In this document: positions 55,396-64,000 of the stretch, piece after piece
Numbering within the stretch: the stretch's first letter is position 1
Layout of the letters: every line of letters begins with the position of its first letter
NCBI GenBank assembly: GCA_965223705.1
Contig: OZ245015.1
Coordinates: forward strand, 1,600,001 to 1,664,000
Origin: Myxococcota bacterium
GTDB lineage: Bacteria; Myxococcota_A; UBA9160; UBA6930
Direction of reading: 5' to 3'
Length of the DNA stretch: 64,000 nt
The notes under the pieces: model-generated
What the model saw: only the letters and a program-made list of their open reading frames with translations
Databases searched by the model: none
What the model was told of the DNA's origin: nothing
Position numbers and translations under genes: made by a program

Positions 55396-57536
55396 TGTCG
55401 GAACGGTTGTTCAGCTCCTATTGGTATCGCGTGGCGGAGCTCCGGCCGCGGCTCCGCGACCACGTCCGGATTCACCGACACGTCTACCGAGGCGAGCGCT
55501 GGTTTGTCTTGGACAACCCGGCGGGCGGGACGCAGTACCGGTTCGGGCGAGCGGCGAACTTCGTGGTAGAGCGCCTCGACGGGTCGCGAACCGTCAACGA
55601 ACTGTGGAATCTGGCGCTCGAGCATCTCGGGGATGAGGCGCCGAACCAGAACGCGATGATCACCTTGCTGGCGGAGCTCGACGCGGCCGATGCGATGGTG
55701 TCGAACGTCACGCCGGATACCAAGGCGATGTTCGAGCGCCATGCGCACCAAGAAAAACGCCGCAAGTCGAGCCGCTTCACGAACCCCTTGTATTTGAAGT
55801 TCCCGCTCTGGGATCCCGACCCGTGGCTCGATCGTTGGTTCCCCCGGGTTCGTTTTCTCTTCACGCGAAAGGTCGCGGCCGCTTGGCTCGTGCTCGTCGC
55901 ATGGGCAGCGTTTGAAGCTCTCCGAAACGCCTCGGAACTGGCCGCCTACGGTCAGCGCGCGCTGGGAGAGCCCAGCACCTGGTTTTTGGTCGTTCTTCTC
56001 TATCCCTTCGTCAAAGCGCTCCACGAGTTGGGCCACGCCTTCGCCGCGAAACACTGGGGAGCCCCGGTTCGAGAGATCGGCGTGATGTTCATCATTGGCA
56101 TGCCCGTCCCGTACGTCGACGCGTCCGCCACTTCGGCCTTTCCGAGCAAGTTCTCCCGCATGGTGGTCGCCGCGGCCGGCATCCTGGTCGAGCTCGCGCT
56201 GGCAAGCCTGGCGTTGCTCGCGTTCTTATCGATCGCGCCGGGCGTCCTGAAGCTCGCCGCGTTCAACGTGCTCGCGATCGGCGGTATTTCGACGGTGCTC
56301 TTCAACGGCAATCCGCTGATTCGTTTCGACGGCTACTACGTCCTGTCGGACGCGATCGAAGTGCCGAACCTCGCCGCCCGCGCGAGTCGTTTCCTCCGCT
56401 ACCTCGGTGAGACGCACATCTTGGGGCTTCCCGAGCGACGCGGTTCCGAGACCGACGCCCGGGTTCGCTGTTGGTTGTTCCTCTACGGCGCATGCGCGTT
56501 CGTCTACCGGATTTTCCTATCGTTGACGATCGCGCTCTTCGTCGCGGGGAAGTTCTTCACACTCGGGATCCTGCTAGCGGTGTGGTCGCTGCTCCTCCAG
56601 TTCGGCTTGCCGGTGCTGCGAGGGCTCGCACGGCTGCGGCTCGATCCTCGCGTCGGTGAGCGCCCGTTGCGCGTCGTCGCCGGTGCGGTCTGCGCGGCCA
56701 CGCTGACGACGCTCCTCGCGTTCGGTTTGCCGCTGCCGCTCTGGACGGTTTCGGACGGCGTCGTCTGGCTGCCCGAGCGATCACAGATTCGGACGGGCGC
56801 CGCCGGCATGGTGACGGCGATTCTCGCGACGCCGGGCGCGCGGGTCGCAGCTGGCGAGCCCCTCCTCGAAGTTCGCGACCCGATCTTGGCGGCGAAGGTC
56901 CGCGTGCTCGAAGCACGGGTGCGCGAAGCGACCGCGCGTATGGAATCCCAGGGCTACGAGGATCGCGTCGCGGGTGAGCTCGCGCGCACGGAATTGGGGT
57001 CGGTGAGAGCGGAGCTCAAGCGCGCCAAGCAGGAGCTGGGGGAAGAGGTCGTACGAGCGGGCGTCGCAGGTCAGTTCGTTTTGCCCCGAGCGGAAGATCT
57101 GGTCGGGCGCTATTTCGAAAAAGGCGCGGTCGTCGGTTACCTCAAGGTGGGAGGCGTGAGCACGCTGCGGGTCGTGGTTCGCCAACGCGACGTCGCCTGG
57201 GTACGCAATCAGACCGAACGGGTGAAGGTACGGCTGCCGGGTCGCGCTCCGGTGGAAGCGATCCTGGGCCGGGAAGTTCCCCAAGCAACCGCTCGCCTTC
57301 CGAGCTTGGCACTCGGCACCGTGGGAGGCGGAACCGTCGCGATCGATCACCGCGACGCCGAAGGCCTCACGGCGACCGAAGCGTTTTTTCAGTTCGACGT
57401 GCTCCTGCCGCCGAATACGGTGCCCCCCGGACTCGGTCTGCGGGCGAACGTTCGTTTCGACCACGGGCTCGAGCCGATCGGCTACCGGATGCTCCGGGCG
57501 ACGCGCCGTCTGTTTCTCCGGCGACTCCATGTCTGA
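55395..57536 (+). CDS. Fusion protein: PqqD/RRE-like N-terminus, M50 (site-2) zinc metalloprotease, and HlyD/lipoyl-like adaptor C-terminus
   Basis: ATG 55395 forms a TGATG overlap with the upstream gene. HELGH and NGNPLIRFDGYY metal-ligand motifs lie in a multi-TM region. N-terminal LDGSRTVNEL winged-helix-like motif; C-terminal PGARVAAGEPLL followed by a coiled coil. Confidence 0.85.
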   Translation: MSERLFSSYWYRVAELRPRLRDHVRIHRHVYRGERWFVLDNPAGGTQYRFGRAANFVVERLDGSRTVNELWNLALEHLGDEAPNQNAMITLLAELDAADAMVSNVTPDTKAMFERHAHQEKRRKSSRFTNPLYLKFPLWDPDPWLDRWFPRVRFLFTRKVAAAWLVLVAWAAFEALRNASELAAYGQRALGEPSTWFLVVLLYPFVKALHELGHAFAAKHWGAPVREIGVMFIIGMPVPYVDASATSAFPSKFSRMVVAAAGILVELALASLALLAFLSIAPGVLKLAAFNVLAIGGISTVLFNGNPLIRFDGYYVLSDAIEVPNLAARASRFLRYLGETHILGLPERRGSETDARVRCWLFLYGACAFVYRIFLSLTIALFVAGKFFTLGILLAVWSLLLQFGLPVLRGLARLRLDPRVGERPLRVVAGAVCAATLTTLLAFGLPLPLWTVSDGVVWLPERSQIRTGAAGMVTAILATPGARVAAGEPLLEVRDPILAAKVRVLEARVREATARMESQGYEDRVAGELARTELGSVRAELKRAKQELGEEVVRAGVAGQFVLPRAEDLVGRYFEKGAVVGYLKVGGVSTLRVVVRQRDVAWVRNQTERVKVRLPGRAPVEAILGREVPQATARLPSLALGTVGGGTVAIDHRDAEGLTATEAFFQFDVLLPPNTVPPGLGLRANVRFDHGLEPIGYRMLRATRRLFLRRLHV

Positions 57537-59496
57537 AAAGCTGCGTCCGAGCGTGCTCGCGGGGAGCTACCCTGAGAAGCTCGATCCGATGCGGCCGCGC
57601 CTCGAACGCTGGCTCAGCAAGGCGAGTGAGCGCCGCAAGCGACCGAGCCTCGCCAACCTGGAGGCCTTCGCACAACGCATTGTCAGGCGATCGGACGAAC
57701 TCCGATCCGTGTCGGCCGACGAGCTGCGTCAGCGGGCGGACGCGCTCCGTCCGAGCCTGCGGCGGGCGCTCGCGGGACCGCCGCTACTCGAAGCCTTGGC
57801 CATCGTCCGAGAGCAGTCGCGGCGCCACCTGGGGATGGCGCACTTCGAGGTCCAGATCATGGCCGGCTGTGCGCTCCTCCGCGGGATGCTCGTCGAGCTC
57901 GACACGGGAGAAGGCAAGACGCTCTCGGGGACGCTTCCCGCCGCGGTTGCCGCACTGGCGGGCATTCCGGTGCATGTGGTGACGGTGAACGATTACCTGG
58001 TCGAACGGGACGCCGAAGCCATGGCGCCGCTCTTCCAAGCACTCGGCCTTTCGACGGGCCGGGTCATCGAGGACGAGCCCGATCCCGCTGCGCGCCGCGC
58101 CGCGTACGCTTCGGACATCACGTACGTTTCGAACAAGCAGGTCGCTTTCGATTATTTGCGGGACCGCATTTCCCTCGGCGGACGCGGCGGGGAAATCCGC
58201 GGGGAGGTGCAGCGGTTCGCGCACGCGGCGGAGGCACCGCTTCTTCGCGGGCTCTGTTTCGCGATCCTCGACGAGGCCGACAGCGTGCTGGTCGACGAAG
58301 CACGCACGCCTCTCATCTTGTCTCGCACGGTGCCGTCGCCGGGCCTCGCAGAGATCGCGCACGATGCGTTGTCGATCGCTCGGGAGCTCGACGAAAAGGA
58401 AGACCTCCGCTGGCGACACCCCGCGGCACCCATCGAAGTCACGGCTTCGGGACAGGAAAAAATCATCGAGCGCTGCGAGGGCCGCGGCGGAGTGTGGAAC
58501 GCGCCGGCTCGGCGGGCCGAGCTCTTGCGCGTCGCACTAGATGCACTCTACCGCTACAAGCGCGACGAGCACTACATCGTGCGCGACGGGCAGGTGGAAA
58601 TCGTCGACCCCCAGACCGGGCGGTCGATGCCGGATCGCTCGTGGGAGGGCGGCCTCCAACAAATGGTCGAGCTGAAAGAAGGGTGCGAGCTGTCGGGCGA
58701 TCGCGAGACCCTGGCGCGCATGAGCTACCAACAATTCTATCGGCGGTATCTCCGTCTCTCCGGCATGACGGGCACCGGCCGGGAAGTGAGGCGCGAGATC
58801 GAAGCCGTCTACGACATGCCGATGATTCGGATCCCGCCTCGTCGGCCGTCGAAGCGAATCGATCTCGGAGTCCACGTAATGCCGACGGTCGAGTCGAAAT
58901 GGAATGCGGCCGTCGACCGGATCACGGAGCTCCACCGCTCGGGGCGCCCCGTTTTGGTGGGCACGGCGAGCGTCAAGACGAGTGAGCTCTTGAGCGAAAG
59001 GCTCGATCGGGCCGGTCTGACCCACCGCCTTCTCAACGCCCGGCAAGATCACGCCGAGGCGGAGATCATCGGCGAAGCGGGCTTTCCGGGACGCATCACG
59101 CTTGCGACCGCGATGGCCGGGCGGGGCTCCGACATTCGGGTAGAAGGGCGCGAGGAGGAGCTCGGCGGCCTCCATGTGATTTCCGTCGAGCGCGCGGATT
59201 CGGGTCGCGTCGATCGACAGCTCTACGGACGCTGCGGTCGGCAGGGAGACGCGGGATCCTTCGAACAGATCGTGTCCCTCGAGGACGAACTCGTTCGCAA
59301 CGAAGCGACCGGGAGAGTGCGTCGCCTCGTGGTCGCCTTCCTCCGCCGCCTGGGCGGCGGTTCATTCGTGGGGCGGCTTTTGTTCCAGAACCTTCAACGT
59401 CGAGTCGAACGCCGGCATGCGCGCGAGAGGCGCGCCGTCATGCGGCAAGACGAGCAGTTCGCTCGACTGTTGTCGTTCTCCGGCACAGCGGAATAG
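57529..59496 (+). CDS. secA: Accessory (secondary) SecA-like ATPase, C-terminally truncated (655 aa)
   Basis: Motifs ELDTGEGKT, VHVVTVNDYL, FDYLRD, DEADSVLVDEARTPLI, SGMTGT, GRPVLVGT, AGRGSDI, QLYGRCGRQGD, SLED. Ends about 70 aa after SLED. Confidence 0.93.
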   Translation: MSEKLRPSVLAGSYPEKLDPMRPRLERWLSKASERRKRPSLANLEAFAQRIVRRSDELRSVSADELRQRADALRPSLRRALAGPPLLEALAIVREQSRRHLGMAHFEVQIMAGCALLRGMLVELDTGEGKTLSGTLPAAVAALAGIPVHVVTVNDYLVERDAEAMAPLFQALGLSTGRVIEDEPDPAARRAAYASDITYVSNKQVAFDYLRDRISLGGRGGEIRGEVQRFAHAAEAPLLRGLCFAILDEADSVLVDEARTPLILSRTVPSPGLAEIAHDALSIARELDEKEDLRWRHPAAPIEVTASGQEKIIERCEGRGGVWNAPARRAELLRVALDALYRYKRDEHYIVRDGQVEIVDPQTGRSMPDRSWEGGLQQMVELKEGCELSGDRETLARMSYQQFYRRYLRLSGMTGTGREVRREIEAVYDMPMIRIPPRRPSKRIDLGVHVMPTVESKWNAAVDRITELHRSGRPVLVGTASVKTSELLSERLDRAGLTHRLLNARQDHAEAEIIGEAGFPGRITLATAMAGRGSDIRVEGREEELGGLHVISVERADSGRVDRQLYGRCGRQGDAGSFEQIVSLEDELVRNEATGRVRRLVVAFLRRLGGGSFVGRLLFQNLQRRVERRHARERRAVMRQDEQFARLLSFSGTAE

Positions 59497-59502
59497 AGCT
59501 CG

Positions 59503-61005
59503 CTACGGGGCGGCGTCGGTGTCGATCGCGTCAAACCGGGTGACCTGGTTGCGGCCGCCTTCCTTGGATGCGTAAAGCGCCTGGTCGGCCTGATCGATCA
59601 TCCCGGCCAGGTTCATCGCGCCGTCGCGAACACTCGCGACGCCGAAGCTCGCGGTGACGGGAACCATGGCGAAACCCGGTGATTCGATGTGGCGCCGCAC
59701 GCGGTCGGCGAGATCGAAAGCGTCGTCGTAGCCCGTATCGCCGAGCGCGACACAGAATTCCTCACCGCCGTAGCGACAAACCAGGCCGTGGCCGCCGAGA
59801 TGCAGGCGGAGCGTATCCGCGACCGCGCGGATCACTTCGTCTCCTGTCTGGTGTCCGCAGGTGTCGTTGATGCGTTTGAAGTGATCGATATCGACCATGA
59901 CACAACAGAGATCACCGTCCGACTGTCGCATCGACGCGAAGGTGGGCTCGATCGCTTCCATGAAGCTTCTGCGGTTCGCGACGCCCGTCAGCGGGTCGGA
60001 CTGGGCGAGAACGCGAAGTTCCTCGTTCTGCAACCGAACTTCGTCGCGAGATTTCTCGAGCTCCGTCAGCGCGCGCTCGAGTTCTTTTCTCTGTCGCTCT
60101 CGCTCGGTGACATCGTCGAAGGTCACCACCGCACCCGTGGTCTGGCCCCACCCGTCGAAGACGGGCGCGCCGTTGACCTGCAAGATCATTCGATTCCGCT
60201 TGCTTTGATTCAGGGTGAGGGTGGCTTCGGTGAAGGACTGGCCATCCCGGAGTGATTTCACCCAGGGCAAGTCGCCCTGCGCTTCCGCCCCATCGGCGTC
60301 TCGCCAAGGAAGGGAAGCGGCGTTCTTGCCGAGGAGCGCGGAGACGGGGTAGCCCATACGATCCGCGAACCCCTGGTTCGAGAGGACGATGTCTCCGTCT
60401 TTTGAGAGGATCAAGACGCCTTCCGTCATGATGTCGAGCGTGGCTTTGACCCGGGTCGGTATGACAGAAGACGGATCGAGCTGGCGCAACGTCCGTCGCA
60501 TGTAGAACGTGTAGACGACGAACCCGATTCCACACACGGCGATGACGAGGCGCGCCAGCGGTGATGCCGCGACGCGAGCGTACCAGGGGCGATCCTCGTC
60601 GCCGCGAAAACGCAATTCGAGATCGGCGTAGTGATCGCCCGCGCGGAACACCGGAACACGCACGTGCGTCGTGGTCGAGCGATCCGAATGCTCGGGTCTC
60701 CAGAGCTCTCGGTGATTGCCTTGGTGCGCGAGCAGGCGGCCGTCGCGGGTGCGAACGGCGACCGACAAGAGCGCGGAGTCTCGCGCAAGCGATGCCTTCA
60801 TCACCTCCGTCAACCCGCGAATGTTCGTGTCGTGAAGCGATGCGGTCGTCTGGGCGGCCACCACTTCGGCGAGACTCACGCGGGTGGCCACGAGATCGCG
60901 GTCCTCTTTCGGTACGACGCCTACGAGATCGAGTGAGAGGAGGATCGAGCCCGTGAGCAGTACCAACCCGAGACTGATCCGAAAGGTCGGTCCGAGGGAC
61001 TGCAC
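59503..61005 (-). CDS. Membrane-bound PAS-GGDEF diguanylate cyclase
   Basis: Two TMs flanking a periplasmic domain, PAS domain, coiled coil, DPLTGVANRR, DIDHFKRIND, RYGGEEF, ADQALYASK. Confidence 0.95.
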   Translation of the reverse strand: MQSLGPTFRISLGLVLLTGSILLSLDLVGVVPKEDRDLVATRVSLAEVVAAQTTASLHDTNIRGLTEVMKASLARDSALLSVAVRTRDGRLLAHQGNHRELWRPEHSDRSTTTHVRVPVFRAGDHYADLELRFRGDEDRPWYARVAASPLARLVIAVCGIGFVVYTFYMRRTLRQLDPSSVIPTRVKATLDIMTEGVLILSKDGDIVLSNQGFADRMGYPVSALLGKNAASLPWRDADGAEAQGDLPWVKSLRDGQSFTEATLTLNQSKRNRMILQVNGAPVFDGWGQTTGAVVTFDDVTERERQRKELERALTELEKSRDEVRLQNEELRVLAQSDPLTGVANRRSFMEAIEPTFASMRQSDGDLCCVMVDIDHFKRINDTCGHQTGDEVIRAVADTLRLHLGGHGLVCRYGGEEFCVALGDTGYDDAFDLADRVRRHIESPGFAMVPVTASFGVASVRDGAMNLAGMIDQADQALYASKEGGRNQVTRFDAIDTDAAP

Positions 61006-61008
61006 AGC

Positions 61009-61920
61009 CTAGTCCAGGAGTTCGACGCTGCAGTGGAGGCCGGCCGCGACCTGGCCGTCGGGGTTTGGAAGCTCGAGCCGAACCTTGAACGTGCCACTAG
61101 CCGCGTCGACCACCGGATCGACCCGGTCGACCGTAGCCACGACCCGACTTTCGGCTCCGATCTCGGGCGATAGCGCCGCTCTCCGTCCGGGGCGGATTTC
61201 CCCGAAGCGGTTCGCGGGCAACAGCACGTCGACGTGCAGCGGGTCGATCTTCGCGATCGTGAGGATGGTCGCGCCATCGACAACCTCTCCCGGACTCAGG
61301 TTGCGAGCGACGACGAGTCCATCGATCGGCGACCGCAAGCGGCGGCGTTCGAGTGCGGCCTCAGCTTGCTTGAGTTCGAACCACGCGAGCTCTTGCGCTT
61401 CTTCGGCGCGGCGGAGATCGTGGCGCGCGATTCGCGCTTCGGACTGCATCTCGTCCCATTCCTCCGCCGAAAGCGCTCGACTCTCGAACAGCGTTGCGCC
61501 CCGCTCGGCGCGCCGCTCCTGCAACGCGACTTGTTCCTGCTGAGAAAGAAGCGTGCCCTCGGCTGTAGCGCGGGATTCCGCCGCACGGACCGCTGCCTCC
61601 TCGACGCCCGCTTCGAGCCGAACCACCAGCTCGCCGGCGGACACACGGTCGCCGACTTCGGGTGTCACTTCTTCGATGAGACCGACGGTTTGGCTGCCGA
61701 TGTCGACGAGGTCGGAAGGCTGGATCAGGCAGTCCAAAACGGTGGGATCCGCTCCCGACCGCGTAGCTGCGGCACTCGGCGGACGCTGGGTCGCAACCGC
61801 AGGCAGCGGATCGGGCTCGGCGGCATGCGGAACGGCGGCGCCGCCACCCACCGCGAAGGCAAACGCGACGAGCACCCAGACACTCCGATGTGATTGAAAC
61901 CATCCACCCTGACGGGACAC
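61009..61920 (-). CDS. Efflux/secretion periplasmic adaptor (MFP)
   Basis: GTG 61920 with GGAGG RBS. Motifs VGDRVSAGELVVRL, LRSPIDG, VDPVVDAASGTF. Ends 3 nt upstream of the DGC start. Confidence 0.88.
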   Translation of the reverse strand: MSRQGGWFQSHRSVWVLVAFAFAVGGGAAVPHAAEPDPLPAVATQRPPSAAATRSGADPTVLDCLIQPSDLVDIGSQTVGLIEEVTPEVGDRVSAGELVVRLEAGVEEAAVRAAESRATAEGTLLSQQEQVALQERRAERGATLFESRALSAEEWDEMQSEARIARHDLRRAEEAQELAWFELKQAEAALERRRLRSPIDGLVVARNLSPGEVVDGATILTIAKIDPLHVDVLLPANRFGEIRPGRRAALSPEIGAESRVVATVDRVDPVVDAASGTFKVRLELPNPDGQVAAGLHCSVELLD

Positions 61921-62105
61921 GACCGAGCCTCCACGAACCCGTTCTTCTTCGGGATTTCGAGGTGTCAGCCTGAGCCAGTCGTGGGGTGATCGTGGTTCAA
62001 AGCACCCATATCGTCTACACCGCAATTTCTGTTTCGCCGATGTGCCAGGGCGAGGGAGAACGCGAGGGGCTCGGATCGGGCCGTCGCTACAAGGGCACGG
62101 AAGCG

Positions 62106-64000
62106 TTGGAACGAGACGGTAAAACCGAGCAGGGTTTTGGGGCGCAGCGCGGTCTGTCGCTCAAGCTGTCTCTTTGGATGGCCTGCCTCTCGTTCGTGTC
62201 AATTTTTGCGGCAGCTGCTTACTTCGCCTCCGAAGATCGACGCGTCTCGGAGCAAGAGATGACCCGCCGCGGAGAACGGATGGTCAGCTGGCTCGCGCTG
62301 CCCCTGAGCCGCGGTCGGGCCGACCGACGTTCTGCGGGAGTCGCGGCAGCCGTGGACCGGATCTTGGTCGATCCCGATGTCGCCTACGTCGCGGTGTGGG
62401 ACCGGTTTGGAGCTCTGGTCGGCGGCGCTTCGCAACCCGCCGCGCGCGAAGTCATGGCTGCGGCGCTCAAAGAAGAACGAACCTTTTCTTCGACACTGAT
62501 GCAACGGAAGCTCGACGCGACGTTCGATCTCGCGGAAGTGGTCGTCTCCGTCCGCGCAGACGATCGGTTGGTCGCGCGCCAAGCTGCCGGCAGTGTGTTG
62601 GCCAACGATCTGGGGCGCGCTCAGATCGGTTTCTTCGTTCCGGCGAACACGGGCCCGTTGGGAATCGCTCCGCACCACTGGAGTACGCTCCTCGCCATCG
62701 TCGCCTTGACCGCACTGCTGGGATGGTTCGGGAGCCACCTGCTCACCCGCCGGATCCGGCGTCTCGCGTTCGCCATCCGCGCGATCGCGGCGGGGCAATT
62801 CGATCGCAGTGTCGAAGTCGGCGGGCACGACGAGATCGGTCACCTCGGTCGCGGTTTGAATGTCATGGTCGAGCGCTTGAAAGCGTACCGAGCGAAGATC
62901 GAGGAGCATCAAGAGCAGCTCGAGCGCGAAGTTGCGGTGCGCACGGAGCAACTCAAGCAGCGCACCGACGAGGCCCTGGCCCTCGCACAAGAAGCCGAGG
63001 AAGCGAACCGGGCGAAATCGCAGTTTCTCGCGAACATGAGCCACGAGATCCGAACGCCCATGAACGGTGTCCTCGGCATGACCGAGCTCCTGTTGGACAC
63101 CCCGATCAACCAGCAGCAGCGCTCTTACGCCGAGACCGCGCATCGCTCCGCCCACCTGCTCTTGGGCGTGATCCACGACGTGCTCGACTTCTCGAAATCG
63201 GAAGCCGGGCGCCTCGAGCTCGAGGAGCGCGCTTGCGACGTTCGAGAGCTGGTCCGCGAAGTCGTCGACGTGTTCGCAGAAGCCGCGGCACGCAAATCGA
63301 TTCGCCTGGAACTCCACATGGCCGACGATCTCCCCGCCGCCGCCATCGTTGACCCGATCCGCTTGCAGCAGGTGCTGACGAACCTCGTCGGCAATGCGGT
63401 CAAGTTCACGGAAGCCGGGAGCGTCACCGTCGGCGTGTCGCGGCTTCCCCATCCCGATGAGAGCCGCGGGTTCTGCCGGATCGAGTTCGCTGTCGCGGAC
63501 ACGGGGATCGGCATCGCCGAAAGTGCTCAGCCCAACGTGTTTCAGCCGTTTACCCAAGCGGACGGCACGATGGCGCGACGCTTCGGCGGGACCGGGCTTG
63601 GACTGGCGATCTCACGCCAGTTGGTCGAGCTCATGTCCGGGGAAGTCGGTTTCCGGAGTCGCGTGGGAGAAGGCTCTCGCTTCCACTGCATCATTCCCAT
63701 TCAGTGTGCGGAGACGGTCGATACGCGACAAGAGACCGAGGAAGAGATGGATTCGACGGGGGCATCGAGCCGCTTCGGTCTGTCTGTGCTGCTCGCCGAG
63801 GACAACGCGATCAATCAGGAAGTGGCGGTGGCGCTCCTCGAAGCGTTCTCGTGTCGGGTCACGCTGGCGGCGACGGGCTTCGAAGCCATTGAAGCTGCGA
63901 CCGACGGCACCTACGACGTGATCCTGATGGATTGCCAGATGCCCGAGTGCGACGGTTTGGAGGCTTCGAGGAAGATCCGAGCGGCCTCGATCCGAGATCG
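62106..64000 (+). CDS. Hybrid sensor histidine kinase (TM-HAMP-HisKA-HATPase-REC), runs off the window edge
   Basis: Not in the ORF track because it has no stop in the window; translated by hand. Motifs DEIGHLG (HAMP), [61 protein letters not shown]. Start is either TTG 62106 or ATG 62178. Confidence 0.93.
   Translation, partial: MERDGKTEQGFGAQRGLSLKLSLWMACLSFVSIFAAAAYFASEDRRVSEQEMTRRGERMVSWLALPLSRGRADRRSAGVAAAVDRILVDPDVAYVAVWDRFGALVGGASQPAAREVMAAALKEERTFSSTLMQRKLDATFDLAEVVVSVRADDRLVARQAAGSVLANDLGRAQIGFFVPANTGPLGIAPHHWSTLLAIVALTALLGWFGSHLLTRRIRRLAFAIRAIAAGQFDRSVEVGGHDEIGHLGRGLNVMVERLKAYRAKIEEHQEQLEREVAVRTEQLKQRTDEALALAQEAEEANRAKSQFLANMSHEIRTPMNGVLGMTELLLDTPINQQQRSYAETAHRSAHLLLGVIHDVLDFSKSEAGRLELEERACDVRELVREVVDVFAEAAARKSIRLELHMADDLPAAAIVDPIRLQQVLTNLVGNAVKFTEAGSVTVGVSRLPHPDESRGFCRIEFAVADTGIGIAESAQPNVFQPFTQADGTMARRFGGTGLGLAISRQLVELMSGEVGFRSRVGEGSRFHCIIPIQCAETVDTRQETEEEMDSTGASSRFGLSVLLAEDNAINQEVAVALLEAFSCRVTLAATGFEAIEAATDGTYDVILMDCQMPECDGLEASRKIRAASIRD

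Noticed and set aside
55395..57536. RiPP biosynthetic cluster suggested by the PqqD-like domain
   Set aside because: No precursor peptide, radical SAM, YcaO, lanthipeptide or lasso cyclase gene is visible in the window.
57529..59496. secA as the housekeeping copy or as a pseudogene
   Set aside because: It is too short for housekeeping SecA, yet all motor motifs are intact, with no frameshift, no downstream remnant, and overlap with the M50 gene.
62015..62043. Possible sigma28-like promoters for the hybrid kinase (TACA-N16-GCCGATGT) and the MFP (TCAG-N16-CCCGAAGA, minus strand near 61946-61973)
   Set aside because: The spacing is one base longer and the matches are weaker than the three reported sites, so they cannot be told from chance by eye.

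Overview
This is a high-GC, gene-dense bacterial window. The gene content looks like Myxococcota/Deltaproteobacteria-type, but taxonomy is not established from the sequence. No rRNA, tRNA, CRISPR array, transposase or integrase was recognised. Left to right: (1) the 5' part of a di-heme cytochrome c peroxidase; (2) a chemosensory cluster (divergent CheX/CheC-like gene, then cheY-cheA-cheW-mcp-cheB-cheR) with back-to-back sigma28-like promoters; (3) a MerR/SoxR-like regulator with a 19-bp-spacer promoter driving an unknown 83-aa membrane protein; (4) an MBOAT + SGNH O-acylation pair; (5) a catabolic region (two luciferase-like oxidoreductases, flavin reductase, CoA-transferase III, amidohydrolase, hydantoinase/oxoprolinase A+B, SDR, two MFS-type transporters, tandem SCP2 protein); (6) trkA-trkH; (7) an RND efflux operon whose TolC carries an extra N-terminal binding-protein-like domain. 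The most interesting part is about 39.2-64 kb. There a ~4,750-aa adhesin-like protein (LEPRILL leader, DUF4347, nested LamG/C-type lectin/cadherin modules, 288-bp tandem repeats, hydrophobic C-terminal motif) lies divergent from a coupled operon: GAF-HlyD adaptor, PqqD/RRE-like-M50 protease-HlyD fusion, and a truncated accessory SecA. A third adaptor, a diguanylate cyclase lacking the I-site and a partial hybrid kinase follow. This looks like an ABC-less, SecA-powered, T1SS-like export system for the giant protein. All domain names come from motif recognition by eye; no database searches were run.
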